A stretch of DNA of 51,987 nt, from assembly GCA_011376105.1 (NCBI GenBank), contig DRPG01000318.1, forward strand, positions 1-51,987, in the 5' to 3' direction. The translations under genes were made by a program, and so were the position numbers. Origin of the DNA: Deltaproteobacteria bacterium. GTDB taxonomy: Bacteria > Myxococcota_A > UBA796 > GCA-2862545. Of the stretch, positions 8,502 to 18,095 are shown in pieces (positions within the stretch are counted from its first letter, which is position 1; every line of letters starts with the position of its first letter). The notes under the pieces are model-generated. The model was not told the origin of the DNA. It ran no database searches and saw only the letters and a program-made list of their open reading frames with translations.

Positions 8502-8546
8502 CCTGTGGGCCACGGACTTCGGAGTGGTGAGCGAAGGGCCCACAGG
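8502..8546 (-). promoter_or_regulatory. Leader hairpin (or palindromic operator) abutting the Shine-Dalgarno of the Hsp70-vWA gene
   Basis: A 10-bp perfect inverted repeat: CCTGTGGGCC (8502-8511) and GGCCCACAGG (8537-8546). There is an inner 5-bp stem (8517-8521 with 8532-8536). In the mRNA the 3' arm ends in ...CAGG, which forms the first half of the AGGAGG SD (8499-8504). Confidence 0.35.
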
Positions 8547-8609
8547 TCCGACGGGGTGGGGTGGAGTATATCGGAGGCGCGTGCCACAACAAACCCGAGG
8601 GTAGCGCCG

Positions 8610-9203
8610 ATGCACGAGCTGATCTTGGCCTCCACCAGCCCCTATCGGCGCCGCATGCTGAAAGATGCAGGACTACTGGTCAGGAGCGAGGCGCCGGGAG
8701 TCGACGAAGATGCACCCGACGAGATGACGGATGTGGTCGCCCTCGTGGAGCACCTGGCGTTGCGCAAGGCGCGCGCGGTCTCCGATCGGTTTCCCGGGGC
8801 GTGGGTGATCGGCGCAGATCAGCTCGCCCATGATCGCGATCGTCCAGGTGAGGCGATCGGCAAGCCCCCTGATCCCAGCGTCCACCTGGAGCGGCTGGCG
8901 GCGATGCGGGGTCGGTCCCACGTGTTGGTCACCGGCTTCGCGGTGATCACCCCCGGGCAGGTGCACGTCTCCCACGAGCAGACGGTGATGCATGTGCGCG
9001 CCGATCTGACGGACGAGGAGCTGGCCGCCTATGTCGCGACGGGGGAGGGCAGCGGCTGTGCCGCAGGCTATGCGGTGGAGGGCCGGGGCGCGTTCCTGTT
9101 CGATCGGATCGAAGGAGACTTCTTCAACGTCATGGGGTTGCCCCTGCTGACGATCCTCGGGGTGCTGCGAGAGCTGGGGTGGAGGTTCGGCGATGGGCTC
9201 TGA
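8610..9203 (+). CDS. maf: Maf-like nucleoside triphosphate pyrophosphatase
   Basis: [17 protein letters not shown]...PGVDE...VIGADQ...GKP...[39 protein letters not shown] is the typical Maf family pattern. The ATG at 8610 was chosen over the long upstream extension in the track. Confidence 0.85.
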   Translation: [197 protein letters not shown]

Positions 9204-10047
9204 TCCCGCCAGGGAGCTCGCAGAGTTGGTGGCCGACGCCCGGGCCCTGGCCGAAGACGCCCGGGATCGGGGGGTGCTACACGAGGCCCTCGACGCCTCT
9301 CCGGAGGTCACCGAGGCCCCCGGGGCCCCGCCGGCGGGGGCCCGGGCCTCCACCGCAGCCTCCGGGGCCACGCCCGCCCCCCCAGCGCGCTCGACACCAC
9401 AGACCAAGGCGCCCGCCCCCCGGCCGGCCCATGCGGGGTGGTCCGCGCTGGCCTCGTCGGCGCGGGACGCGGAGCTGCCCGCCCCGCTGCGGCTCGAGAG
9501 GGTCCGCGGGGAGCTGGGGGACTGCAGGCGCTGTGCCCTGGCCCGGGGGCGAAAACAGATCGTGTTTGGGGTCGGTAGCCCGCAGGCGGATCTCGTGGTG
9601 ATCGGGGAAGCCCCTGGGTACCACGAAGATCAGCAGGGGGAGCCGTTCGTGGGCCCCGCCGGCCAGATGCTCGATCGCATGCTCGAGAACGTGCTCGGGC
9701 TGGCACGATCCCAGGTCTACATCCTCAACATGGTCAAGTGCCGGCCCCCCCGGAACCGAAACCCGCTGCCCGAGGAGGTGTCGTCCTGTCGACCCTTCCT
9801 CGACGGCCAGCTCTCGGTGATCGCCCCGAGGGTGATGTTGGTGCTCGGCAGCGTCGCGTTCCGGGCCCTGTTCGACACTCAGCAGGGCATCAAGCGCAAC
9901 CGTGGGCGGTGGCGCGAGTACCGCGGGGTGCCGACGATGTCCACCTTCCACCCGGCCTACCTGCTGCGGCAGCCTCAGGACAAGCGGCTGACCTTCGAGG
10001 ATCTCCAGGTGCTGAAGCGCCGCTACGAGGAGCTGACCGGGGGCTAA
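9193..10047 (+). CDS. Uracil-DNA glycosylase, family 4, with a low-complexity N-terminal extension
   Basis: C..C.L...R...VFG.G...ADLVVIGEAPGYHEDQQGEPFVGPAGQMLDRML, KCRPP.NR.P and HPAYLLR are family-4 UDG motifs. The start overlaps the maf stop. Confidence 0.85.
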   Translation: MGSDPARELAELVADARALAEDARDRGVLHEALDASPEVTEAPGAPPAGARASTAASGATPAPPARSTPQTKAPAPRPAHAGWSALASSARDAELPAPLRLERVRGELGDCRRCALARGRKQIVFGVGSPQADLVVIGEAPGYHEDQQGEPFVGPAGQMLDRMLENVLGLARSQVYILNMVKCRPPRNRNPLPEEVSSCRPFLDGQLSVIAPRVMLVLGSVAFRALFDTQQGIKRNRGRWREYRGVPTMSTFHPAYLLRQPQDKRLTFEDLQVLKRRYEELTGG

Positions 10048-10164
10048 GCGCTCTCCCCGGCGCCCCCACAGCCCAGCTCTGAGGCGTCGACCACCGGGTC
10101 CGTCGACCTCCCGGAGACCACCGCCGCAGGAGGGGGGGAGCGGAGACTCGGCGCTGCTGCTTGG

Positions 10165-11715
10165 CTACTCCTTGGGGAGCTTCAGCCCACCGAGGAGCTC
10201 GCCGAGGGTGCCAAAGCCCCCGCCGCCGCTCTGCTGAGCCTGGTGGACCCGCCAGGAGCGCTGGGCCTCCCGGGTGTCTTCGCGCATCGATAGCGTGACC
10301 CTGCGTGGATCGTCGGCGGTGATCCGGGCGGTGATCGGACGGCCCCGGCGGAACCGCTGGGCGAGCACCGTGCCGGCGGGCAGATCCACCTCTCCGGCGG
10401 GCAGCCAGCCCGAGCGGCCATCCTCAAGCTGGATCACCACCCCCCCTGGCTTGACCTCGACCACCGTGCCCGACACCTCGATCGCGCCTGGTGTGATCGA
10501 CTCAGCACCGGCCTCCACCGGAGCCAGCGACAGCCTGCGGCGCTCGTGATCGATCTGCATCAGCCGCACGTCGAGGCGGGAGCCCTTCTCGGGCAGCCCG
10601 CCGGGGAGCTTCGAGACGTGGACCAACCCCTCGAGGCCCGGAGCGAGCTGGACGAAGGCGCCAAAGTCGGTGACGTTGGTCACCTCCCCGCTGTAGACGC
10701 CGCCCTCGACGAAGCCGCTGCCGACCGCGCCCCAGGGATCGTCCTCCAGGGCCTTGGCGGACAGGGTGAGCTTGCGCTGCTCCCGATCGGCCCGGATCAC
10801 CGCGACCTCGACGGCCTGGCCAGCCCGGACGACCTGGTGGGGATCGTCGGTGTGGCCCCAGCCGATCTCGCTGCGGGGGACCAGGCCCTCGACCCCGCCG
10901 ATGTCGACGAAGAAGCCAAAGGGCTGGACCGAGGTGACGACGCCCCGGTGCTGCTGATCGATCGCCAGGGTGCCCCACAGGATCTCGGCCTTGCGGGCGG
11001 CCTCCTCCTCCTGCAGGGCCCGGCGGGACAGCACGATCCGATCGCCGGCCTCCAGGACCCGGAACTCCAGCACCTGGCCGACGAACCCATCTGGATCCAC
11101 TCCCCGCAGGCGGGTCATCTGGGACGCGGGGCAGAAGGCCCGGATCGGGCCCACCCGCACGTCGAACCCGCCGGGGTTTCGGCCCTCGACCCGGCCCTCG
11201 ATCGGCAGCCCAGACTCAGCAGCCTCAGCGAGGTGCTCGGCGGCGGCGTGGCCGGTGAGCTTCACCGTGAGGATCGTGCCGTTCTCACCCGCGCGCACCA
11301 CGAAGGCCTCGACCGTGTCCCCCGCGGTGGCGTCGGGCAACTCGCTGCGATCCAGCAGGCCCTCGGACTTGCCCCCCAGATCGACGAAGACCGTGTCCTG
11401 GCCCACCCGGGTGACGGTTCCCTCGATCCTGGCGCCGGGCTCGAGGCGGACGCCGCCGGACGAGCCCTCCATCAGGGCAGCCAGCTCCTCGGAGCTCATC
11501 TGAGCCAGGGCCTCGAGATCCGAGAGATCCAGCCGGCCAGCAGGGGTCTCGGAGGTGGTCGGCTCCGCCGGGGCCGGGGGCTGGGTCGAGGCTGCCTGGA
11601 CGAGCGGTGCCCCGGGCTCGGGTTGGGGCTCGGGGCGACGGGGGGCACCGGCGGGGACGCGCCGCGGTGGCTTGGGCGTGGCCATGATCTCTCGGACTCC
11701 TGGCGCTCGGGCCAT
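10165..11715 (-). CDS. RNA-binding protein with five S1 domains (ribosomal protein S1-like)
   Basis: There are five repeats of the S1 OB-fold pattern (G..V.G.V..V...G.FV.L....EGL...SE...). The N-terminus is Pro/Ala-rich. The start may instead be the ATG at 11685. It lies 42 nt downstream of tgt on the same strand. Confidence 0.8.
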   Translation of the reverse strand: MARAPGVREIMATPKPPRRVPAGAPRRPEPQPEPGAPLVQAASTQPPAPAEPTTSETPAGRLDLSDLEALAQMSSEELAALMEGSSGGVRLEPGARIEGTVTRVGQDTVFVDLGGKSEGLLDRSELPDATAGDTVEAFVVRAGENGTILTVKLTGHAAAEHLAEAAESGLPIEGRVEGRNPGGFDVRVGPIRAFCPASQMTRLRGVDPDGFVGQVLEFRVLEAGDRIVLSRRALQEEEAARKAEILWGTLAIDQQHRGVVTSVQPFGFFVDIGGVEGLVPRSEIGWGHTDDPHQVVRAGQAVEVAVIRADREQRKLTLSAKALEDDPWGAVGSGFVEGGVYSGEVTNVTDFGAFVQLAPGLEGLVHVSKLPGGLPEKGSRLDVRLMQIDHERRRLSLAPVEAGAESITPGAIEVSGTVVEVKPGGVVIQLEDGRSGWLPAGEVDLPAGTVLAQRFRRGRPITARITADDPRRVTLSMREDTREAQRSWRVHQAQQSGGGGFGTLGELLGGLKLPKE

Positions 11716-11757
11716 CCCCGGTGAGGATGGGAGCGCGCTCGTTGGGTAGGGAGACCC

Positions 11758-12891
11758 CTATTCGACCACCGGCATGGTCGCCAACGCCGCCTCGGCCCGG
11801 AGCCCGCGCAGCTGCTGCGGATCGTCCACCTCGATCGCGGACCGCAGCCTGGCCACCAGGCGCTGGTAGTAGGTCAGGTTGTGGAGGGTCAACAGCCGCC
11901 CCCCCAACCTCTCTCCGGCCCGGATCAGGTGGGAGAGGTAGGCCCGGCTGAAGCCGGTGCAGGCGGGACAGGGGCAGGCCGGATCGAGGGGCCGCCGATC
12001 CTCGCGGTAGCGACCGTTGCGGAGGTTGCGCCGCCCCTCGCTGGTGTAGCCCTGGCCGTGGCGACCCGCCCGGGTCGGCAGCACGCAGTCGAACAGATCG
12101 ATCCCGGCGAGGACAGCCTCGACGATGTCGATCGGGTGGCCGACCCCCATCAGGTAGCGCACCCGATCGGTGGGCAGCAGCGAGGCGCTGTAGCGGGCGA
12201 ACGCGATCAGATCCTCGCGATCCTCTCCGACGGAGAGCCCCCCCACGGCGTATCCGTCGAGATCCCGATGGATCAGCTGCTCAGCGTGATCACGCCGGAG
12301 ATCCTCGTGCAGCCCTCCCTGGAGGATCCCGAACAGAGCGGTCTGATCCGGGCGGCGACGTGCAGCGACGCAGCGATCGAGCCAGCGCAGGGTGCGCGCC
12401 GTGCTCTGCTGCGCCCGAGCCCGGGTGGCGGGGTGCTCGAGGCACTCGTCGAACGCCATCGCGATGTCGACGCCGAGTGCCTCCTGGACCTCGATCGCGA
12501 CCTCGGGGGTCAGGGTGCGGTACTGGCCGTCTTCGGGGGAGCAGATCCGCACGCCCTCCTCGGAGACCACGGCCCGATCCCGCATCGAGAACACCTGATA
12601 GCCCCCCGAGTCAGTGAGGATCGGGCCGTCCCAGGACATGAACCGGTGCAGCCCCCCGAGGCCGCGCACCACCTCGTGCCCCGGGCGGACCCACAGGTGG
12701 TAGGTGTTCGCCAGCACCAGGCGGCTGCCGGATCGCGCCAGCTCGTCCGGCGCGATCCCCCGGACGGTGCCCCGGGTACCCACCGGCATGAACGCAGGCG
12801 TGGGGACGGCGCCGTGGGGGAGCTGGAGCGTGCCCGCGCGGGCGTCGCCGCAGGTGGCCTCGAGCTCAAACGAGCAACATCGCGTCGCCAT
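11758..12891 (-). CDS. tgt: Queuine tRNA-ribosyltransferase (tRNA-guanine transglycosylase)
   Basis: FELEATCGDARAGTLQLPHGAVPTPAFMPVGT..., TDSGGYQVFS, and the Zn site C.C..C...SRAYL.HL. The ATG at 12891 fits the family N-terminus and overlaps the queA 3' end by 26 nt. Confidence 0.9.
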   Translation of the reverse strand: MATRCCSFELEATCGDARAGTLQLPHGAVPTPAFMPVGTRGTVRGIAPDELARSGSRLVLANTYHLWVRPGHEVVRGLGGLHRFMSWDGPILTDSGGYQVFSMRDRAVVSEEGVRICSPEDGQYRTLTPEVAIEVQEALGVDIAMAFDECLEHPATRARAQQSTARTLRWLDRCVAARRRPDQTALFGILQGGLHEDLRRDHAEQLIHRDLDGYAVGGLSVGEDREDLIAFARYSASLLPTDRVRYLMGVGHPIDIVEAVLAGIDLFDCVLPTRAGRHGQGYTSEGRRNLRNGRYREDRRPLDPACPCPACTGFSRAYLSHLIRAGERLGGRLLTLHNLTYYQRLVARLRSAIEVDDPQQLRGLRAEAALATMPVVE

Positions 12892-13897
12892 AGGAGTAGA
12901 ACCGGTAGTCCGCTTGGATCGCCTCGGCATAGGCATCGAGCAGGCGCCGACGGCCGACGAGGGCGGCCACCAGCATCAGCAGGCTCGAGCGAGGCAGGTG
13001 GAGGTTGGTGATCAGGCCATCGATGCAGCGGAACGTGTAACCAGGCTGGACGAACAGATCGGTGACGCCGGCGCCCGGGCTCGGCACCCGGGCGCCCTCA
13101 GGGGTGGCGGCCTCCAGTGTCCTGGCCGAGGTCGTGCCGACGGCGATCACCCGCCCCGAGGCGGCTCGGGTCGCCTCGATCCGCTCGACCGCCCCAGCCT
13201 CGATCGTGTAGGGCTCGGTGTGGAGTCGGCCTGCCTCCAGCGCCTCAGGGCGCAGGGGGAGGAAGGTGCCCAGGCCGACCTGCAGGGTGATCGTGACGAA
13301 CCCGATCCCCGCCGCCTCCAGCGCGGTGAGCAGCTCCTGGTCGAAGTGCAGCCCGGCGGTGGGGGCCGCCGCTGCCCCCAGGGGCCCGGCGAAGATCGTC
13401 TGGTAGCGATCGGTGTCCTGATCGTCGGCCGGACGATCGAGGTAGGGGGGCAGGGGCAGGGAGCCCTGCTGCGCCATCACCTGGACAGGATCGGACGACA
13501 GCTCGAGCTGCACCACGCCCCCCTGGGCCTCCGCGGTGATGATCGCGGTGTCGCCCCCCTGCAGGGTCAGCACCTCGCCCCTGCGGAGCTTCCGCGCCGG
13601 GCGCGCCAGGGCCGGGATCGCTCCAGGGCCCGGGGACAACAGCAGCAGCTCCACCGCTCCACCCGAGGCCCGGCGGGCCGCCAGGCGCGCCGCCATCACC
13701 TTCGCGTCATTGGCCACCAGCAGATCCCCTGGCTTGAGCAGGGTCGGCAGCTGAGTGAACCGGTGGTGGGAGGGGGCACCGCCGCTCAGCGGCAGGCCCA
13801 TCAGGCGGGATCCACTGCGCGATGGCGCAGGCCTGCGCGCGATCCTCTCCTCTGGGAGGTCAAAGTCCCACGCAGCGAGGGGCTGCTCTCCTGGCAT
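12866..13897 (-). CDS. queA: S-adenosylmethionine:tRNA ribosyltransferase-isomerase
   Basis: DFDLPEERIARRPA..R..SRLM, PLPPYL.R, YQT.FA...G..AAPTAGLHF and FRF.SYGDAMLL are QueA signatures. The ATG at 13897 (GAGGA upstream) gives about 343 aa. The track's longer N-terminus is antisense to yajC. Confidence 0.9.
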   Translation of the reverse strand: MPGEQPLAAWDFDLPEERIARRPAPSRSGSRLMGLPLSGGAPSHHRFTQLPTLLKPGDLLVANDAKVMAARLAARRASGGAVELLLLSPGPGAIPALARPARKLRRGEVLTLQGGDTAIITAEAQGGVVQLELSSDPVQVMAQQGSLPLPPYLDRPADDQDTDRYQTIFAGPLGAAAAPTAGLHFDQELLTALEAAGIGFVTITLQVGLGTFLPLRPEALEAGRLHTEPYTIEAGAVERIEATRAASGRVIAVGTTSARTLEAATPEGARVPSPGAGVTDLFVQPGYTFRCIDGLITNLHLPRSSLLMLVAALVGRRRLLDAYAEAIQADYRFYSYGDAMLLV

Positions 13898-14021
13898 CGG
13901 TGTCCTCTGGAGGGTTATGGCGGCTCGCCCGCGCCCAAGGTAGCGCTCGGGGTCGGGTGTCGCTTGACCTCTGCCGCAGGGTGCTTCCCTTAGTCGCGCT
14001 TTCGCCTGGTGAGGTGGTTCC

Positions 14022-14294
14022 TTGAACCCGGTTGACCTGCTACCCATCCTGCTCATCTTCGGGGTCATGTACTTCTTGATCGTTCGACCCCAGATCAAGG
14101 AACGACAGGAACACGACAAGCTGCTCGAGTCTCTGACCCGGGACGATGCGGTTGTCACCTCGGCGGGCATCCACGGCAAGGTCGTGTCGGTGAGCGATGC
14201 GACGGTCGTGCTCGACATCGGCGACAAGACGCGGATCACGATCGACAAGAACAGCGTCGCCCGTCGTCAAGGTGAGCCAGCAAAGGCCACTTAG
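14022..14294 (+). CDS. yajC: Preprotein translocase subunit YajC
   Basis: LLPILLIFGVMYFLIVRPQ.K....H..L..L...D.VVT..GI.GKV is the YajC pattern. TTG start with GAGGTGG upstream. Confidence 0.9.
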   Translation: MNPVDLLPILLIFGVMYFLIVRPQIKERQEHDKLLESLTRDDAVVTSAGIHGKVVSVSDATVVLDIGDKTRITIDKNSVARRQGEPAKAT

Positions 14295-14303
14295 GAGCGT
14301 TCT

Positions 14304-16763
14304 GTGGAAGGGATGTACTGGTTTCGTCTCAGCGCCATCGGGGCGCTCATCCTCGGATCGGTGTACGTGTTGTTGCCGACCCTGCTGGGGGAGGCGTCCG
14401 AGGATCAGCTGGTCGATGCTGCGAGCTCGGTGGAGACCTCAGGGCCCCGGGCCGGCGTCGATCTCGGGATCGAGCTCCGGGTGACGGAGGGGGAGCCCGA
14501 GGCCCTGATCCAATCGCTCAGGGCGCGCCTGGAGGCTGCCAAGCTCCCGATCTCGATCCTGCGCGCCGGTGGAGAGGGGATCGAGCTGACGATCAGCGTC
14601 GGAGGAGATCCAAGCGAAGCTGAGCGGCTCGTGTCGATCCCCGGCGAGGTCTCGGTCTACGATCCAGCGGTGATCACCGATCTCCCAGACCCGGGGGCGC
14701 CCCCCGAGGGCGGGGCTACACCACCCCAGCCGGTGATCGACGCGCTGTCGGGCGCTGCGGATCTCGATCTGGCCTACTGGGCCGCCGTCCTTGGCTCGCT
14801 GGCGGGGGAGCCGGTCCCCGATGGGGCGCAGGCGGGCTGGTTGGTCTCCTCAGCGACGACCACCGAGGCCGGGACGGTCCTGACGCTGGAGGCCCTCGAG
14901 GGCGCCCCAGCCGATCCCCCCGCCGTGCGGGTGTTGTCCCTCGATGGGCGGATCGCCGGCGTCGTGATGGCCGATGGCCGGCTGCTGTCCCTCGACGAAG
15001 GCCCCGCCGCCGCCGATCTGGGCCCGGTGGTGTCCGCCGGTGCGCTGCCCGGCGCCGTTGAGATCGTCGAAGAGATCGTGCAGCCCAGGGCGACCCAGGC
15101 CGCCGCCGCCCCCAAGGATCGAGACGCTGTCAAGATCCCGCCGTGGCTCGCGGGCCTCCTCCCCAACACCCGGATCCCCCTGGGCCTCGATCTCCAGGGA
15201 GGCATCGACCTGACCCTGCAGGTGGAGCTCGACGAGGCGGTGCTGGGCCAGGCCACCCGCGACACGACCTACCTCAAGGACGCCGCGGCGAAGGAGGGCC
15301 TGATCGTCGAGTCCGTCCGGCGGGCCCCCGACGCGCCGATCCTCGAGATCACCACCCAGGCCGAGCTGTCCGAGGTCACCCGGTTCGTGGCCGAGCGCCT
15401 CGGCGACTACCAGTACTTCGAGTCCGACGGCACCATGCATCGGTTCGAGATGACCGAGGTGCGCCAGGAGGAGGTCCAGAACCAGGCGGTGGAGCAGGTG
15501 CTCGAGACCCTGCGCAAGCGGATCGACGCGCTGGGTACCAAGGAGCCCTCGATCGTCAAGAAGGGTGGGGGACGGATCAACGTCCAGCTGCCTGGCATGG
15601 TGGATGTCCAGGCGGCCACCACCGCGATCGGCACCACCGCGGTGCTCGAGTTCCGCATGGTGGATCACGACTTCGATGATGCCTTGCTCGAGCAGATCCT
15701 CAACACCGCCCAGGCGGAGATGCCCCAAGACCAGTTCTTCGACGACGATCTACTCAACCGCTGGCTGTGGGACACCAAGCGCCTCGATCCGGATCGGATC
15801 ATCCTGTGGAGCGAGCCGGGCAACGAGAAGATGCTGGCCTACGCGAGCAACGCCTGGCCCCGGATGGTGACCGAGGAGGGGGCTGTGGTGGAGGCGGCCC
15901 CGATGCCGCTGTTCAACAACGTCCCCTTGACCGGAAACGACGTCAATGACGCAGGGGTGGGCTTCGACCAGAACAACCTCCCCGGGGTCTCCCTCGAGTT
16001 CAAGCCCCGCGGCGGCCAGATCTTCTGTGAGCTGACCAAGCAGGCGGTGGGCAAGCAGTTCGCGATCATCCTCGACGAGACGATCCAAAGCGCACCCCGG
16101 ATCAACGAGCAGATCTGTGGCGGCGCGGCCCGGATCGACATGTCGAGCTCCGCCGATCCCCTCAAGGAGGCTCAGACCCTGGCCCTGGTGCTGCGCACCG
16201 GCGCGCTGGATGCGCCCCTGGTGATCGCGTCGGTGCGCCATGTGGGCGCCTCCCTCGGCGCCGACTCCATCCGGCAGGGCTCCATCGGGGCCCTGGTGGG
16301 CTCCCTGATCGTGCTGGTGTTCATGGCCGCCTGGTACCGCACCGCGGGGCTGATCGCTGACTTCGCGCTGATGGTCAACGTCCTGCTGGTGCTCGCCTGT
16401 CTGGCGATGTTCGGGGCCACCCTCACCCTGCCGGGCATCGCTGGGATCGCGCTCACCGTCGGGATGGCGGTCGACGCCAACATCATCATCTACGAGCGGA
16501 TCCGCGAGGAGCTGCGCCTGGGGGTGCAGGCCCGAAAGGCCGTCGACGTCGGGTTCGACAAGGCGATCGTCGCGGTGCTAGACGCCAACATCACCACCGC
16601 CATCGCCGGCGTGGTCCTCTTCTCCTATGGCACAGGCCCCATCAAGGGCTTCGCCGTCACCCTGCTCATCGGCATCGCAACGACGCTGGTGAGCGCCCTG
16701 TTCGTCACCCGCACGGTCATGGAGCTGATCACCCGCAGCTCGTCGGCCCGGCTCCGGATCTGA
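14304..16763 (+). CDS. secD: Protein translocase subunit SecD (enlarged periplasmic region)
   Basis: GLDLQGGIDLTLQV, the P1 head, and the C-terminal 6-TM block (...LTLPGIAGIALTVGMAVDANIIIYERIREE...) are present. GTG at 14304 with AGGAG 6 nt upstream. Confidence 0.9.
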   Translation: MEGMYWFRLSAIGALILGSVYVLLPTLLGEASEDQLVDAASSVETSGPRAGVDLGIELRVTEGEPEALIQSLRARLEAAKLPISILRAGGEGIELTISVGGDPSEAERLVSIPGEVSVYDPAVITDLPDPGAPPEGGATPPQPVIDALSGAADLDLAYWAAVLGSLAGEPVPDGAQAGWLVSSATTTEAGTVLTLEALEGAPADPPAVRVLSLDGRIAGVVMADGRLLSLDEGPAAADLGPVVSAGALPGAVEIVEEIVQPRATQAAAAPKDRDAVKIPPWLAGLLPNTRIPLGLDLQGGIDLTLQVELDEAVLGQATRDTTYLKDAAAKEGLIVESVRRAPDAPILEITTQAELSEVTRFVAERLGDYQYFESDGTMHRFEMTEVRQEEVQNQAVEQVLETLRKRIDALGTKEPSIVKKGGGRINVQLPGMVDVQAATTAIGTTAVLEFRMVDHDFDDALLEQILNTAQAEMPQDQFFDDDLLNRWLWDTKRLDPDRIILWSEPGNEKMLAYASNAWPRMVTEEGAVVEAAPMPLFNNVPLTGNDVNDAGVGFDQNNLPGVSLEFKPRGGQIFCELTKQAVGKQFAIILDETIQSAPRINEQICGGAARIDMSSSADPLKEAQTLALVLRTGALDAPLVIASVRHVGASLGADSIRQGSIGALVGSLIVLVFMAAWYRTAGLIADFALMVNVLLVLACLAMFGATLTLPGIAGIALTVGMAVDANIIIYERIREELRLGVQARKAVDVGFDKAIVAVLDANITTAIAGVVLFSYGTGPIKGFAVTLLIGIATTLVSALFVTRTVMELITRSSSARLRI

Positions 16764-16770
16764 GGCCCCC

Positions 16771-18054
16771 ATGTTCGAAGCTCTGAAGCGTTGGCTCGAT
16801 GCCCTCAAGTTCGACTTTGTCAGCTGGCGTTACCTCGCCGGAGGGATCTCTGCGCTGCTGGTCCTGCTCTCCTGGGCCGTGTTCGCCGTGGTCGGTCCCA
16901 ACTGGGGCATCGACTTCACCGGTGGCACCGAGATCCACCTGGCCTTCGGCGAATACAACGAGGCCGAGGAGTGGGTGGTCACCCCGACCGACATCGCCGA
17001 GGTCCGGGGCGCCCTGCGGACCCTGGGCCTGTCCGACGACGCGGTCCAGGCCATCAACGGCTCTGAGTCCGGAGAGTTCATCGTCCGGATCCAGGACGCG
17101 ACCTTCGGGATGGAGGGGCTGGAGCTCGAGGTCCGCAACGCGCTCATCGAGGAGTACGAGGAGTCCTGGCTGGTCGACATGCAGTCGTCCGCCGAGGTCT
17201 CAGCGCGCTTCGTGGTCACCTACTCAGGCCCCTACACCGACTACAAGAAGGTCCAGGCCGACATCCGCAAGCACCTGCCCCAGGCCTCGGCCCAGATCGG
17301 CTCCGAGGAGAACCAGATCGTGATCCAAGTCCCGGGCCTGTCCGAGCGGATCCGGGAGCGGATCGCTGAGGCCATCGGCGACAAACCGTTCGAGGTGCGC
17401 TCCACCGACGCCGTCGGCCCCAAGGTGGGGGGCGAGCTCAGGCGCCAGGGCTTCATCTCGATCGCCGCCACCCTGGGGCTCGTGCTGCTGTACGTCGCGT
17501 TCCGCTTCGACATCGGGTTCGCGCCCGGCGCCGTGGTGGCGCTGTTCCACGATGTGTCCCTGACCGTAGGGATCTTCGTCCTGCTCCAGCTCGAGTTCAA
17601 CCTCCCGATGATCGGCGCGCTGCTCACGATCGTCGGCTACTCCCTCAACGACACGATCGTGATCTACGATCGGATCCGGGAGAACCGCGATCGCCACCGC
17701 CGCAGCGAGGTCGAGGAGCTGATCAACGTCTCGATCAGCGAGACCCTGACCCGCACGGTGGCCACCTCCCTGACCACCATGATGGCGATCCTCATGTTCC
17801 TGATCCTCGGTGGCCCTGTGATCCGGAACTTTGCCTTCGCGATGTTCCTGGGCATCATCTTCGGGACCTACTCCACGGTGTTTGTGGCCTCTCCGATGAT
17901 CCTGGTGATGGAGGACGTCAAGCCGTGGCTGGCCAAGCTCGTCGCGGTGCGGGATCTCGACGACGACGAGGGCGACGACGACGGCCCGGCGATGACCGAG
18001 AGCGAGAAGCGGCGCCGGGCCCGGGCCGACGCCGACAAACGCGAGGTCGGCTGA
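16771..18054 (+). CDS. secF: Protein translocase subunit SecF
   Basis: GIDFTGGTE, the SecF TM block (...IVGYSLNDTIVIYDRIREN...), and an acidic C-terminal tail. Confidence 0.9.
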   Translation: MFEALKRWLDALKFDFVSWRYLAGGISALLVLLSWAVFAVVGPNWGIDFTGGTEIHLAFGEYNEAEEWVVTPTDIAEVRGALRTLGLSDDAVQAINGSESGEFIVRIQDATFGMEGLELEVRNALIEEYEESWLVDMQSSAEVSARFVVTYSGPYTDYKKVQADIRKHLPQASAQIGSEENQIVIQVPGLSERIRERIAEAIGDKPFEVRSTDAVGPKVGGELRRQGFISIAATLGLVLLYVAFRFDIGFAPGAVVALFHDVSLTVGIFVLLQLEFNLPMIGALLTIVGYSLNDTIVIYDRIRENRDRHRRSEVEELINVSISETLTRTVATSLTTMMAILMFLILGGPVIRNFAFAMFLGIIFGTYSTVFVASPMILVMEDVKPWLAKLVAVRDLDDDEGDDDGPAMTESEKRRRARADADKREVG

Positions 18055-18095
18055 TCCCGGCGTGGGCCGACCCCGGGTCGGTCACCTGCGCAGGA

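Noticed and set aside
13964-13998. Sigma-70-like promoter (TTGACC ... TTAGTC) upstream of yajC
   Set aside because: The spacer is about 19-20 nt and the -10 is poor. It cannot be distinguished from chance without transcription start data.
18069-18083. Possible bidirectional terminator hairpin (CCGAC-CCCGG-GTCGG) between secF and the beta-helix gene
   Set aside because: The stem is only about 5 bp and there is no U-tract on either strand, so the call is too weak. Other convergent gaps (2877-2912, 10048-10164, 22766-22795) likewise showed no convincing intrinsic terminator.
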